Below are positions 1 to 9,292 of a DNA stretch of 64,000 nt, piece by piece. A program made the translations under genes and the position numbers. The stretch lies in NCBI GenBank assembly GCA_009873655.1, contig WAIB01000001.1:2237-66236 (forward strand), given 5' to 3'. How positions within the stretch are numbered: the first letter of the stretch is position 1; the number at the start of each line of letters is the position of its first letter. The stretch is from Nitrospinota bacterium (GTDB taxonomy: Bacteria; Nitrospinota; Nitrospinia; Nitrospinales; VA-1). The notes under the pieces were generated by a model that did not search any database, had not been told where the DNA came from, and saw only the letters and a program-made list of their open reading frames with translations.

Positions 1-1
1 C

Positions 2-610
2 GCAAACCATATTTTTGTCCAGACCCATGAAATGGAAAACCCGAGTTATCAGGCCAACCCTGCAAACCGTTGTTACCATTGCAAAACGGAGTTGTATGCC
101 TGCCTTAAAAAAGTGGCCCTGGAAAAGCAGTTCCCTTTCATTTTAAACGGAATCAATACGGACGATTTGGGCGACTATCGACCCGGGATCGATGCGGCAA
201 GAGAAAACGCGGTGAGGAGTCCTTTAGTGGAAGCGGGATTCAACAAACAAAACATCCGCGATCTGGCAAGGCAAATGGAACTTTCAATATGGGACAAACC
301 CGCTATGGCCTGCCTGTCGTCACGCATTCCCTATGGCGAGCAGGTGACCCACGAAAAACTCGAAAGGATAGAAAAAGCCGAAGACCTTCTTCTTGCTATG
401 GGATTCAAACAGCTGCGAGTGCGTCATCTGGGCGAAACCGCTAAAATTGAACTGGGACAAAATGAATTGCCCCGATTCACTTCAAATATAGAAGAGGTCG
501 TGAAAGAAAAATTCCGGGAACTGGGATTCCAATCGGTCTACCTGGATCCAAAAGGGTATCGAATGGGAAGCCTCAATGAAGCGCTAAAGGAAAAAACCGA
601 TTATGTTTAA
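2..610 (+). CDS. larE: PP-loop ATP pyrophosphatase of the LarE-type sulfur transferase family, C-terminal part (5' end lies upstream of the window)
   Basis: The frame is open from nt 2 (ANHIFVQTHE precedes the tracked Met). NRCYHCK, DDLGDYRPG and ACLSSRIPYG motifs match the LarE/TIGR00268 family as I recall it. Confidence 0.6.
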   Translation, partial: ANHIFVQTHEMENPSYQANPANRCYHCKTELYACLKKVALEKQFPFILNGINTDDLGDYRPGIDAARENAVRSPLVEAGFNKQNIRDLARQMELSIWDKPAMACLSSRIPYGEQVTHEKLERIEKAEDLLLAMGFKQLRVRHLGETAKIELGQNELPRFTSNIEEVVKEKFRELGFQSVYLDPKGYRMGSLNEALKEKTDYV

Positions 611-836
611 CGTACAACTAAGACCTGAAGTAAGAAAACAGCTGAAGGATCCGGACGGGTTTGCCAGCGGACTGGGTCTGGTTTACACCGGTCTCACTAT
701 CACCATGGCAGGAGTGGTGATGATGTTGATCCTGTACTTCAACAAACCGGAGCATGTACTCCATCCTACCTGGATTTTGTTCATCGGCCTGAGCATTGTC
801 GCCTGGGGAGAAATCAAAAAAGCCCGCTGCAAATAA
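603..836 (+). CDS. small hypothetical membrane protein (two predicted hydrophobic helices)
   Basis: The ATG overlaps the preceding stop (ATGTTTAA). Two long hydrophobic stretches. No family recognised. Confidence 0.45.
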   Translation: MFNVQLRPEVRKQLKDPDGFASGLGLVYTGLTITMAGVVMMLILYFNKPEHVLHPTWILFIGLSIVAWGEIKKARCK

Positions 837-889
837 CCACTCGGCGTGGGTCCAATGGGTCTTTAACAATAAGCAAACTCTTTGTACTC

Positions 890-960
890 GTCATCGCGAG
901 CCGCTAAAAGCGGCGCGGCGATCCAGTATCTCTGGATTGCTTCACTGCGTTCGCAATGAC
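890..960. repeat. imperfect palindromic intergenic element (nested hairpins) between convergent genes
   Basis: Outer arms are GTCATCGCGAGC (890-901) and GCGTTCGCAATGAC (947-960). Inner hairpin is GCGATCCAG-tatct-CTGGATTGC (918-940), plus a small GCCGC-taaaa-GCGGC hairpin (900-914). Confidence 0.5.
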
Positions 961-979
961 AAGCACAATCCCAATAACG

Positions 980-1819
980 TTACTCAGCCAGTTCTTTAGA
1001 GCGGAGGGTGGCTTTTTCTACGGCGTTCATGAGGGTAGCGCGCAGACTGCCTTTTTCCAGTGCGTGCAGTCCGGCAATGGTCGTTCCTCCCGGGGAAGTT
1101 ACACGGTTCTTCAATTCACCCGGGGAGGTTCCCGTTTCCCGAACCAGCAGTGCTGAACCCAGAACCGTTTGAATGGTCAGCTCATTAGCTACATCCCGTG
1201 ACAGACCCATTTTCACTCCCGCATCGGAAAGTGCTTCGATGATCATAAAGATGTAGGCGGGACCGCTGCCACTCAGCCCGGTAACGGCATCGATTTGCTC
1301 TTCGGGCACTTCCACCGTTCGACCCACTGCCTGAAAAATCTCATGTGAAATTTTCAAATCGGGTTTACTGACCCCCTTCCCCGCTGTGATTGCGGTGACT
1401 CCTTCCAGAACCACGGAGGGGGTATTGGGCATGGTTCTCACCACGCAAAGTTTTTTCTTTTTCCCTTTTTTCAGGGCTTTTTCTATTTGAGATATCGGAT
1501 ACCCCGCGGCAACGGAAACCACCAGTTTTTTGGAATCCACATGATCGGCAATATCACTCAATACCTCCCACATGATTTGCGGCTTTACCGCGACGATCAA
1601 AACATCGGATTTTTTGGAGAGGTCAAGATTGTTTTTTAATACCTTGATCTTATACTCCGATGTTAAAAAAGTCTGGCGTCTTTTATTGGGTTCTGAAACA
1701 AAAATATTGGATGCTTTTATTATGGAAGATGAAAGCAACCCTTTTATGATGGCTTCGGCCATATTGCCGCCACCAATAAATCCTATTTTTTTATTTTTTA
1801 GCACCGGGCTTTTCTCCAT
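980..1819 (-). CDS. proC: pyrroline-5-carboxylate reductase
   Basis: N-terminal IGFIGGGNMAEAII Rossmann motif and C-terminal SPGGTTIAGL motif. Length is typical. Confidence 0.9.
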   Translation of the reverse strand: MEKSPVLKNKKIGFIGGGNMAEAIIKGLLSSSIIKASNIFVSEPNKRRQTFLTSEYKIKVLKNNLDLSKKSDVLIVAVKPQIMWEVLSDIADHVDSKKLVVSVAAGYPISQIEKALKKGKKKKLCVVRTMPNTPSVVLEGVTAITAGKGVSKPDLKISHEIFQAVGRTVEVPEEQIDAVTGLSGSGPAYIFMIIEALSDAGVKMGLSRDVANELTIQTVLGSALLVRETGTSPGELKNRVTSPGGTTIAGLHALEKGSLRATLMNAVEKATLRSKELAE

Positions 1820-1833
1820 TTTTATTTTTTAAT

Positions 1834-2526
1834 TTATTCAGGGTTTCTTTTCCCCATTATAGCCGTACCCACGCGAACCAGAGTGGCTCCCTCTTCCACG
1901 GCAGTTTTAAAATCGTTGGTCATGCCCATTGACAACTCATTGAGTTGGATCCCCTGAATCTTTAAAGCCTGGCATTCGTCACGTAATTCCCGCAATCCAC
2001 TAAAAAACGGGCGCGAATCATCCGGGTCATCACTTTGAGGCGGGATTGTCATCAGGCCCCGCACTTGTATCCCATTTAAATGCCCAAAACCTTTCAGGTG
2101 ATTTTTCAACTCGGTCGGGGTCATTCCAAACTTGGCATCTTCTCCTGAAACATTAACCTGGAGCAAAACAGCCTGGACCCTTTCCTGGCTTTCGCAATGA
2201 GCGCTGATTTTTTCTGCCAAAGAAAGGCTGTCAACAGAGTGGATTAATTCAAAACGAGAATCGAGATACTTGATCTTGTTTTTCTGCAAGTGCCCGATGA
2301 AATGCCAGCTTATGTCGGGGAGGTGAACCTCATCTATTTTGGGAACCGCTTCCTGAATTTTGTTTTCACCAAAGCATCTTGCTCCGGCCTGATAAGCTTC
2401 TAAAACTTTTTCGGGAGGGTTCTGCTTGGAGACGACAACCAGGCGGATGGAATCCGGATTTCGGCCTGCTTTTTCGGCGGCTTCACCAATTTGATGTCTC
2501 ACTAATGCGAGATTATCACTTATCAA
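1834..2526 (-). CDS. yggS: YggS-family pyridoxal phosphate homeostasis protein
   Basis: VSKQNP, FGENKIQE, WHFIGHLQKNK and ELSMGMTNDF motifs. Confidence 0.85.
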   Translation of the reverse strand: MISDNLALVRHQIGEAAEKAGRNPDSIRLVVVSKQNPPEKVLEAYQAGARCFGENKIQEAVPKIDEVHLPDISWHFIGHLQKNKIKYLDSRFELIHSVDSLSLAEKISAHCESQERVQAVLLQVNVSGEDAKFGMTPTELKNHLKGFGHLNGIQVRGLMTIPPQSDDPDDSRPFFSGLRELRDECQALKIQGIQLNELSMGMTNDFKTAVEEGATLVRVGTAIMGKRNPE

Positions 2527-2540
2527 TGGTCTGGGTGGAA

Positions 2541-2879
2541 TCAGTAAAGTGCTTGCGTTCCCCGTTCGCCGGTCCTTACCCGTATGGCGTCTTCTACCGG
2601 TAGAACGAAGATTTTTCCATCTCCAAGGTTACCGGTTTGTACCGTCTTGACCAGCATATCGATCACTTCCTCAACCGCTTCGTTTTCAAGAACGATACAA
2701 ATTTCTACACAGGGGTGGAATTGCGGGACAACGGTATTCGTATCCGATTTCATCTGGCCCATTGGTTTTCCAATGCCTTTTACATCCACTACAGACAAAC
2801 CCGGCACCCCCAGTTCGAAAAGCTTTTCCCGAACCGCTTCCAGTTTTTCATACTTTATAAAACATTTGATCATTTTCAT
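2541..2879 (-). CDS. P-II family signal-transduction protein with a divergent T-loop
   Basis: 112 aa. Shows a P-II fold signature (KLEAVREKL, VKGIG, TGNLGDGKIFV, RVRTGE), but the T-loop region lacks the RGAEY/Tyr51 segment. Confidence 0.75.
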   Translation of the reverse strand: MKMIKCFIKYEKLEAVREKLFELGVPGLSVVDVKGIGKPMGQMKSDTNTVVPQFHPCVEICIVLENEAVEEVIDMLVKTVQTGNLGDGKIFVLPVEDAIRVRTGERGTQALY

Positions 2880-2929
2880 GGCTGATTATCAATGTAGACC
2901 TATTCTCAATCATTAGCAAGGAGGAACCT

Positions 2930-3727
2930 TTAGTTTTTTAATACCTCGGACTCTTCGTTGGCAGGAAGCAGGAGTTTATGCCAGTTATTCTTCTCCCAGT
3001 TACGGGCTTCCTTAAAGTTTTTATATTCCTTTTCCTTCTTTTTAAATTCAGGATGATGACTTTGCCAGGACCCGTTTTTCTTATAAGAGGGTGCAAACTG
3101 GTGGCACATTTCATGATAGATGGTCAATTCAAGAACATGAAGAGGAACGAACTCCTGCTTCAATCGAGGATGCACCCGGATGAGCTTTTTGTTCTCGTCA
3201 TAAGACCCATAACGAAAACCGCTCTTATTTTTGGTTTTGACATCACGGCCCCATTTTACAGTCGCTTTAATCTTTCCATTGAAATATTCACCGTTAAGCC
3301 GGTCAAAGATCGCGTTGATATCCCTGCCCCCTTCTTCTGAAATGGGTTCGATTATTTCAGCCTGACTATCTTCAAGTTCCTGACGTTCATTGAAATCTTT
3401 AATCAACGCTTTTATGGAGTCCGAAACCTCATTTTCCTTTTTCACCTTGCCCAAAACTTTTTGGGTCAGGTTTTCCAGCACCGCAGATTCGGGCTGTTCG
3501 AATTCATCAAAATAATTTGCGTTGAATACTTCAATTTTTACTATGGGTTCTTCGGGACTGATCCGCAATTGCCCGACATATTCCATTCCATTTTTTTTAA
3601 GGATGAACATCCTTGCCAGGGAATCCTGTGCGTCTTTGCGGCTTGCACCCAGAGACAAAGTGCCTAAACTTAAGGATTTTAAAAGGTTTTGAACAGGTAT
3701 TTTTGCTTGATTCATTAGGAGGGCCAT
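2930..3727 (-). CDS. SprT-like zinc metalloprotease-domain protein with an uncharacterised N-terminal half
   Basis: The C-terminal half has the LNGEYFNGKI ... IYHEMCHQ (HExxH) arrangement typical of SprT-like domains. Confidence 0.5.
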   Translation of the reverse strand: MALLMNQAKIPVQNLLKSLSLGTLSLGASRKDAQDSLARMFILKKNGMEYVGQLRISPEEPIVKIEVFNANYFDEFEQPESAVLENLTQKVLGKVKKENEVSDSIKALIKDFNERQELEDSQAEIIEPISEEGGRDINAIFDRLNGEYFNGKIKATVKWGRDVKTKNKSGFRYGSYDENKKLIRVHPRLKQEFVPLHVLELTIYHEMCHQFAPSYKKNGSWQSHHPEFKKKEKEYKNFKEARNWEKNNWHKLLLPANEESEVLKN

Positions 3728-3866
3728 AAGAAGAGTTAAGAAAATTCAAAACAACGAAACCGAAAGAAATATTACCTCAGGGAAAAAAAAATATCCAATA
3801 AAATTAGTTGTTTAGGGAAGACCTAAAACCTTTACAAATTTTTTAATATTCGATACTGTGGTATCT

Positions 3867-5198
3867 ATGAAACTTACAAAAATATTTTTGATACTCTTTC
3901 TTTCCGTATCCTGCTCTACAGGAGTGGAATCGGGTCGAATACAGGCCGCTTATGATCTCAAGACGGATATTGATCTGTTCTTATCGACTACGGATACCGA
4001 TGTAGAAGTTCAGGTACTCAATCGACTTAAAAAGCAAAAGGTCTCCCACGAAGCAATCAAGACGATTCTAAGGCAACAGCCAAAACCCGCCGGCGAAAAA
4101 CGGGGGCTGCAGACCGGATTGAAGTTTAACAGCAATGGAAAAGATTATTCTTATGCCCTTTATCATCCCGAAACGGCATCCCCCGGTACCCCTTTACCCA
4201 TGGCCATTGTCCTGCACGGAATGGGAGGAAGCGGTGATAACACGGTTGCAAAATGGGCTGAGAGATTAAACAAGGAATTCATTGTTGTGTGTCCCTCTTA
4301 TCCCATGGGCGCGTGGTGGGCCCGCCCGGCGGAAGATATGGTAATGGCTTTAATGGACCATATCCGGTCCCTCTACAATGTGGACGACAACCGGGTATTT
4401 CTTGCTGGGCTGTCTAATGGGGCCATCGGGGTCTACACGATTGGAATGTTTTACCCGGACCGGTTTGCGGGCCTGATACCCATTGCAGGGAGCATCACCC
4501 CGCGTTTTATGAATTTTCTTGTCAACCTGAGGAATACCCCGATCTATATGATTCAGGGAGCGCATGATCCCATTTTCCCCATTCAGCTCAGTCGCCGCAT
4601 AAACCAGATACTCTCCGACATGAGATACCCGGCGGTCTACCGCGAACATGGTGAAAAAGGAATGGCGCATGGAGGACATTTTCTTCCAGAAAAAGAAATC
4701 CCCGGTCTATTGGAATGGATAAAAAAACAGAAACGAAATTTGAATCCGCCCATCGTAAGAATGACCCGTGAAAATAACCACCTGGGCGCGATTCACTGGG
4801 CCCGCCTGAACAAGGGGAAAAACCTTGCTTCCCTTGAACTCCCCGGGCCGGAGAGCCCCAAACCCAATAACAGGAACGGGAAAATCGCGACCCTGTTCGT
4901 AGAAAGGAAAGGGGAAAACCGGTTTGAAGTGATGGGGGAAAACCTGGTTGAATATGATCTTTTTTTCAACACGGAAACCGTAGATTTTGACAAGACCGTT
5001 ACTATAACAACCCAGAAAATCCAGAACCAGAACAACAAACTGGTGGCGGGCGAAAAGAAAATCAGCTATCAAAACAAAGTAAAAAAAGACCTTGCGGTTT
5101 TACTATACGGCTACAAGCGATTCAGAGACCCACACAGGCTTTACGATGCGAAGGTCAACATTCTTTTGGAAACCACCCTGGTCCAATCTTTGTCATGA
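3867..5198 (+). CDS. secreted or lipoprotein alpha/beta-hydrolase (esterase / PHB-depolymerase-like)
   Basis: MKLTKIFLILFLSVSC is a signal peptide with a possible lipobox. VLHGMGGSG and the GLSNG nucleophile elbow are present. ATG 3867 is preferred over the tracked GTG 3858. Confidence 0.6.
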   Translation: MKLTKIFLILFLSVSCSTGVESGRIQAAYDLKTDIDLFLSTTDTDVEVQVLNRLKKQKVSHEAIKTILRQQPKPAGEKRGLQTGLKFNSNGKDYSYALYHPETASPGTPLPMAIVLHGMGGSGDNTVAKWAERLNKEFIVVCPSYPMGAWWARPAEDMVMALMDHIRSLYNVDDNRVFLAGLSNGAIGVYTIGMFYPDRFAGLIPIAGSITPRFMNFLVNLRNTPIYMIQGAHDPIFPIQLSRRINQILSDMRYPAVYREHGEKGMAHGGHFLPEKEIPGLLEWIKKQKRNLNPPIVRMTRENNHLGAIHWARLNKGKNLASLELPGPESPKPNNRNGKIATLFVERKGENRFEVMGENLVEYDLFFNTETVDFDKTVTITTQKIQNQNNKLVAGEKKISYQNKVKKDLAVLLYGYKRFRDPHRLYDAKVNILLETTLVQSLS

Positions 5199-7573
5199 GC
5201 GGGGCATCCTTTTCCGAATCCCCTGATTCCCTTTTAGGTAAATCCATGAAGCTCCTGGGTTGGGAGCGGATAACCGCAGCCCTGGCAAACCATACCTGCT
5301 CCCCTCACACTCAGGGTCTTTGCCTGAATTTAAAACCCGAAACAGATTTTGGAAATGCAAAAAACCAGTTAGACGAAACGGCGGAAATGATGGCCCTGCT
5401 GGATTCCCTGGAAGAGTTTCCCATGGATCGGTTTGAAGACATCCGCCCCATCTTAAAAGAGGTCGACGAACAGCAAATTATCGAGACCAAACAATGTCTC
5501 ATTTTAATTAAACTTCTGCGACTTTGTCGAAATCTCTGCAAAGATCTGGAGAAAAAAAACGCCTTTCCAAATATCCACCGCTGGCTGTCCCAACTGGATC
5601 CACTGAAAGAGTTTTTCAATGAACTGGCCCGGTGCATCGATGATGAAGGCAATATAAAAGTAAATGCGTCCCCTGAATTAAAACAGGCTTTACGCGAAAC
5701 AGAAACAGCCCGCAACAAGCTGGAAGAAAAAATCCGCAAACTTTTTTCCAGCGCAAGCATCAAAGAAGCTCTGCAGGATTCCTACATTACCGAGCGGGAG
5801 GAAAGGATGGTGATTCCCGTCCGCGCCGAATTCAAGTCGAAGGTAGACGGGATTGTCCACGACATTTCGGGAACGGGGCAGACTCTCTTTATAGAACCCG
5901 CATCCATAGTGCCGCTAAACAACCAACTGAAAATCGCAAGATTGAAAGTGGCCCAGGAAAAAGCGCGGGTATTGCAATCCCTTGCCTTGCAGACAGATCA
6001 GAACAGAGAATCATTGCTGACAAACCTGGAGTGCCTGGCGGTTTTAGATCGCATTTACGCAAAAGCCCGTCTGGCAAAAACCATGGACGCAGTAAAATGC
6101 CCTCTGAACCAGGAATCCAAAATGCATTTAAAAAACGCGAGGAACCCGGAGCTGATATTGGATGGGGAAAAGGTCATACCCAACAGCATTGAATGGGAAG
6201 AGTCCACCAAAGTGGTTATTATATCCGGACCCAATACGGGGGGAAAAACAGTCACCCTGAAAACATTGGGGTTGCTGGCTTTAATGGTGAGATCGGGCCT
6301 GTTTCTTCCCGTGGAAAAAAACTCCCAGATTCCCTTTTTCCCCGAAATATTTTCAGATATTGGAGATGATCAGAATATCCAGTTGAAGCTGTCCACCTTT
6401 TCCGGTCATCTAGAAAAAATCATCCGCATCCTTGACCATGCAACTTCAGGTTCCCTGGTGCTTTTGGATGAGCTGGGAATAGCGACCGACCCCAACGAAG
6501 GTGCCGCCCTGGCGGAGTCCATCCTTCTGGAGTTAAAGCGAAAAAATGTAATGACCCTGGTATCCACCCATTATTTTTCCCTGAAAATCCTGGCCCAGAC
6601 CCAGGAAGGTTTTTTGAATGCGTGTACGGAGTTCGACCTGGATACCATCAGTCCTACCTACCGCCTGATATTCGGGGCTCCCGGCCAAAGTGCCGCCCTC
6701 GATACAGCAGAACGCCTGGGGTTACAAAAAAACATCATTGAACACGCACGAAATTTATACCAGGCAAAGGATAAGCGCGCGGAGAACCTTTTAGAAGACC
6801 TGACGCGGCAACGTCTTCAGATGCACCAGGATCAGGAAAAGGTAAAAATTTTAAAAGCAGAACTGGAACAGTTGAATCGAGAACAAAATCAGCTGACCGA
6901 AAGGCTGCGCAAAGAAGAAAAAGAACTTCAGAAAAATAAGAACAAAAAGCTGCAAGCTGAAGTCCGTGCCGGGAAAGAAGCGATCCATAAAATGATTCAG
7001 GAGATCAAGGGAGAAAAGTCCTTACCCAAAATCCGAAAGGTAGAAAAGAAAATTCAGGCGATCGGAAAGAGCCAGCCTGCATCCGACTACAACCTTGAGG
7101 AATGGAGCCTGGGGGGGGATGAATTGAAGTACGGGGATACGGTACTTCTTTTAAATTTAGGAACAACGGCAACACTCCTGGAGCCCGCTAAAGGAAAGAA
7201 AAAAGTTCAGGTTCGCATGGGTAATATCAACACCACGGTGGAGATATCCTCCATACGCGGCAATCCGCAGCAGAAAAACATTCCAAAAAAAGAAAAATCC
7301 AAAATATCAATGAACATCGAAGCCGAATCGCAAGGCGGGTCATCTTGTGATCTCAGGGGAATGAACTCTGAAGAGGCGGAAACAAAAATGGAAGCTTTTA
7401 TCAGCCACGCAATCGTAACCAAAGTTCCCAGGGTAACCATTATTCACGGCCATGGAATGGGGACCATCAAAGCACTCGTCCGGAATTACCTTGAAAAAAC
7501 AGGAATCTGCAAACAATTCTCCTCCGGCAGGCGTGAAGAAGGTGGAAGCGGGGTTACCATTGTGGAGTTTTGA
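5195..7573 (+). CDS. mutS2: endonuclease MutS2 (MutS domain V ATPase plus C-terminal Smr domain)
   Basis: Walker A ISGPNTGGKT, a long Lys/Glu coiled coil, and a C-terminal Smr domain (CDLRGM ... IIHGHGMG). The ATGA start overlaps the upstream stop. Confidence 0.9.
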   Translation: MSGASFSESPDSLLGKSMKLLGWERITAALANHTCSPHTQGLCLNLKPETDFGNAKNQLDETAEMMALLDSLEEFPMDRFEDIRPILKEVDEQQIIETKQCLILIKLLRLCRNLCKDLEKKNAFPNIHRWLSQLDPLKEFFNELARCIDDEGNIKVNASPELKQALRETETARNKLEEKIRKLFSSASIKEALQDSYITEREERMVIPVRAEFKSKVDGIVHDISGTGQTLFIEPASIVPLNNQLKIARLKVAQEKARVLQSLALQTDQNRESLLTNLECLAVLDRIYAKARLAKTMDAVKCPLNQESKMHLKNARNPELILDGEKVIPNSIEWEESTKVVIISGPNTGGKTVTLKTLGLLALMVRSGLFLPVEKNSQIPFFPEIFSDIGDDQNIQLKLSTFSGHLEKIIRILDHATSGSLVLLDELGIATDPNEGAALAESILLELKRKNVMTLVSTHYFSLKILAQTQEGFLNACTEFDLDTISPTYRLIFGAPGQSAALDTAERLGLQKNIIEHARNLYQAKDKRAENLLEDLTRQRLQMHQDQEKVKILKAELEQLNREQNQLTERLRKEEKELQKNKNKKLQAEVRAGKEAIHKMIQEIKGEKSLPKIRKVEKKIQAIGKSQPASDYNLEEWSLGGDELKYGDTVLLLNLGTTATLLEPAKGKKKVQVRMGNINTTVEISSIRGNPQQKNIPKKEKSKISMNIEAESQGGSSCDLRGMNSEEAETKMEAFISHAIVTKVPRVTIIHGHGMGTIKALVRNYLEKTGICKQFSSGRREEGGSGVTIVEF

Positions 7574-7577
7574 TTTT

Positions 7578-8168
7578 TCAGGATATCAACTCTTTAACCT
7601 TTTTCTTTAATCGGGGCACCAGCTTTTTTTCAAACCACGGATTCTTCTTAAGCCAGATATTGTTGCGAGGGGAAGGATGCGGCAAAACAAAGTATTTCGG
7701 TTGATACTCTTCCCAGCTTTTTACGGTTTCGGTGAGGGTATTTTTTTTTGCCTCGTTTAAAAACCAGCCCTGTGAATATTGACCTATTAAAAGGGTGAGC
7801 TTAATTTGAGGCACCTTTTCAAGGATGGGCTGCATCCATTTTTCGGCACATTCCCTGCGGGGGGGCAAATCGCCCGACTTACCTTTACCCGGGTAGCAAA
7901 ATGCCATGGGGACAATAGAAAAATACCGGGTGTCATAGAATTGCTCTTTGGATACCTGCATCCATTCCCGTAACCGGTCTCCACTCGCATCGTTCCAGGG
8001 AATTCCCGATTCATGCACCTTGATACCCGGAGCCTGACCCACAACCAGGATTTTTGACTTCATGGAAAACGAGAAAACCGGTTTGGGTGGATATGGAAGA
8101 TGGTCGGCGCAAAGGGTGCAGGCTTTAATATTTTTCTTAAGGACGGCAATTGTGCTAGTTTGGTTCAT
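7578..8168 (-). CDS. uracil-DNA glycosylase superfamily protein
   Basis: GQAPG motif, and C-terminal HPSPRN motif. Size is about 196 aa. Confidence 0.65.
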   Translation of the reverse strand: MNQTSTIAVLKKNIKACTLCADHLPYPPKPVFSFSMKSKILVVGQAPGIKVHESGIPWNDASGDRLREWMQVSKEQFYDTRYFSIVPMAFCYPGKGKSGDLPPRRECAEKWMQPILEKVPQIKLTLLIGQYSQGWFLNEAKKNTLTETVKSWEEYQPKYFVLPHPSPRNNIWLKKNPWFEKKLVPRLKKKVKELIS

Positions 8169-8197
8169 ACTCGTATTTTATTAGAAGGAGAAACATT

Positions 8198-8779
8198 ATG
8201 AACAGGAAAATAACACCTGTCTTGTTTTTATATCTGCTGGGGCTGTTAACTTATGCGGGATTATCCTGGGGTGGAGAGGTACAAACGGTTACATTACGGG
8301 GAAAACCGTTGACCCTTTTAGGAGAAAAATCGCAGGTGGGGAAAACACTCCCGACCGTCCGCCTCCCTGACCTGGGACTGAACATGATTGACCTGCAATC
8401 GTTCAAAGGCAAGGTGACGATTCTGAGCGTCGTTCCCTCCCTGGATACGCCCACCTGCGACAAACAAACTCATATTCTCAGCGAAGAAAACAAAGGTCTC
8501 GATAAGACCGCCAACCTCATTACGGTAAGCCGCGACTTGCCCTTCGCGCAAAAAAGGTTCGCCAGGGAAGCCAGGATAAACAACATAACGTTCCTTTCGG
8601 ATTACCGTGATGCCGAGTTCGGGAAATCGACCGGATTATTGATCGAAGAAAACCGTCTGCTGGCCAGGGCTATATTCGTTTTAGACCAGAATGGAATCAT
8701 TCGCTATTTGGAAATCGTATCTGAACTGGCTAAACTTCCAAATATGGAAAGGGCAATGGAATTCGCCCGATCGCTTTAA
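8198..8779 (+). CDS. tpx: thiol peroxidase (Tpx-type peroxiredoxin) with N-terminal signal sequence
   Basis: The PSLDTPTCD peroxidatic-Cys motif and overall Tpx-like sequence. Hydrophobic N-terminus. Confidence 0.85.
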   Translation: MNRKITPVLFLYLLGLLTYAGLSWGGEVQTVTLRGKPLTLLGEKSQVGKTLPTVRLPDLGLNMIDLQSFKGKVTILSVVPSLDTPTCDKQTHILSEENKGLDKTANLITVSRDLPFAQKRFAREARINNITFLSDYRDAEFGKSTGLLIEENRLLARAIFVLDQNGIIRYLEIVSELAKLPNMERAMEFARSL

Positions 8780-8785
8780 TTTCTC

Positions 8786-8812
8786 AGTCCGGGATACCGG
8801 ACTTTATTTTTT
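8786..8812 (+). terminator. Rho-independent terminator after tpx
   Basis: AGTCCGG-gata-CCGGACT hairpin followed by TTATTTTTT. Confidence 0.55.
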
Positions 8813-8878
8813 ATCGACAAAGAGAGTTTTCAACTTTATGGCTAAACAGGAAATTTTGTTCCAGCAAAAATAAATGGG

Positions 8879-9286
8879 CTACTCTACAAAATAGGTGTCG
8901 TGGTCGGGAAAAACGGGTGGACTGTGAAAATTTAAAAGATCGAGCGGATCTTCCTCAGTGGTGAACTCATGAACCGTGTTGGGAGGGACTCGGAAAAAAC
9001 AGCCTGCCTCAAGAGAATAAAAGGTTTTCCCAAGTTTTGCCTGCCCTGAGCCGGACAAAACATAATATAACTCTTCGCCTTTTTTATGGAAACTGGCCTT
9101 TTTGGTCTGATGGGGTTCTAGCTTTACAAGATAGGCCGAAAAATTGTTGCAGGCGTCTCTATCGAGCAGTTGATGAATCTGAATTCCTTTCAGATTAAAT
9201 TGGGGAGAAGAAGAAGGCCCTGCAAAAACCACTTCGTTTTTTGCTTTCGTCATAACGCCCCTCCTGTTAAGAACCTCAGCCTCCAA
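8879..9286 (-). CDS. cupin-domain protein
   Basis: The two-motif cupin pattern (HKKGEELYYVLSG ... PPNTVHEF). Lies 6 nt downstream of the M16 gene. Confidence 0.6.
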   Translation of the reverse strand: MEAEVLNRRGVMTKAKNEVVFAGPSSSPQFNLKGIQIHQLLDRDACNNFSAYLVKLEPHQTKKASFHKKGEELYYVLSGSGQAKLGKTFYSLEAGCFFRVPPNTVHEFTTEEDPLDLLNFHSPPVFPDHDTYFVE

Positions 9287-9292
9287 ACCCGA

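Noticed and set aside
796-1156. Two + strand ORFs (67 and 66 aa) spanning the palindromic element and the proC 3' end.
   Set aside because: One is produced by reading through the hairpin repeat (the ...VRNDK artefact). The other is antisense to proC.
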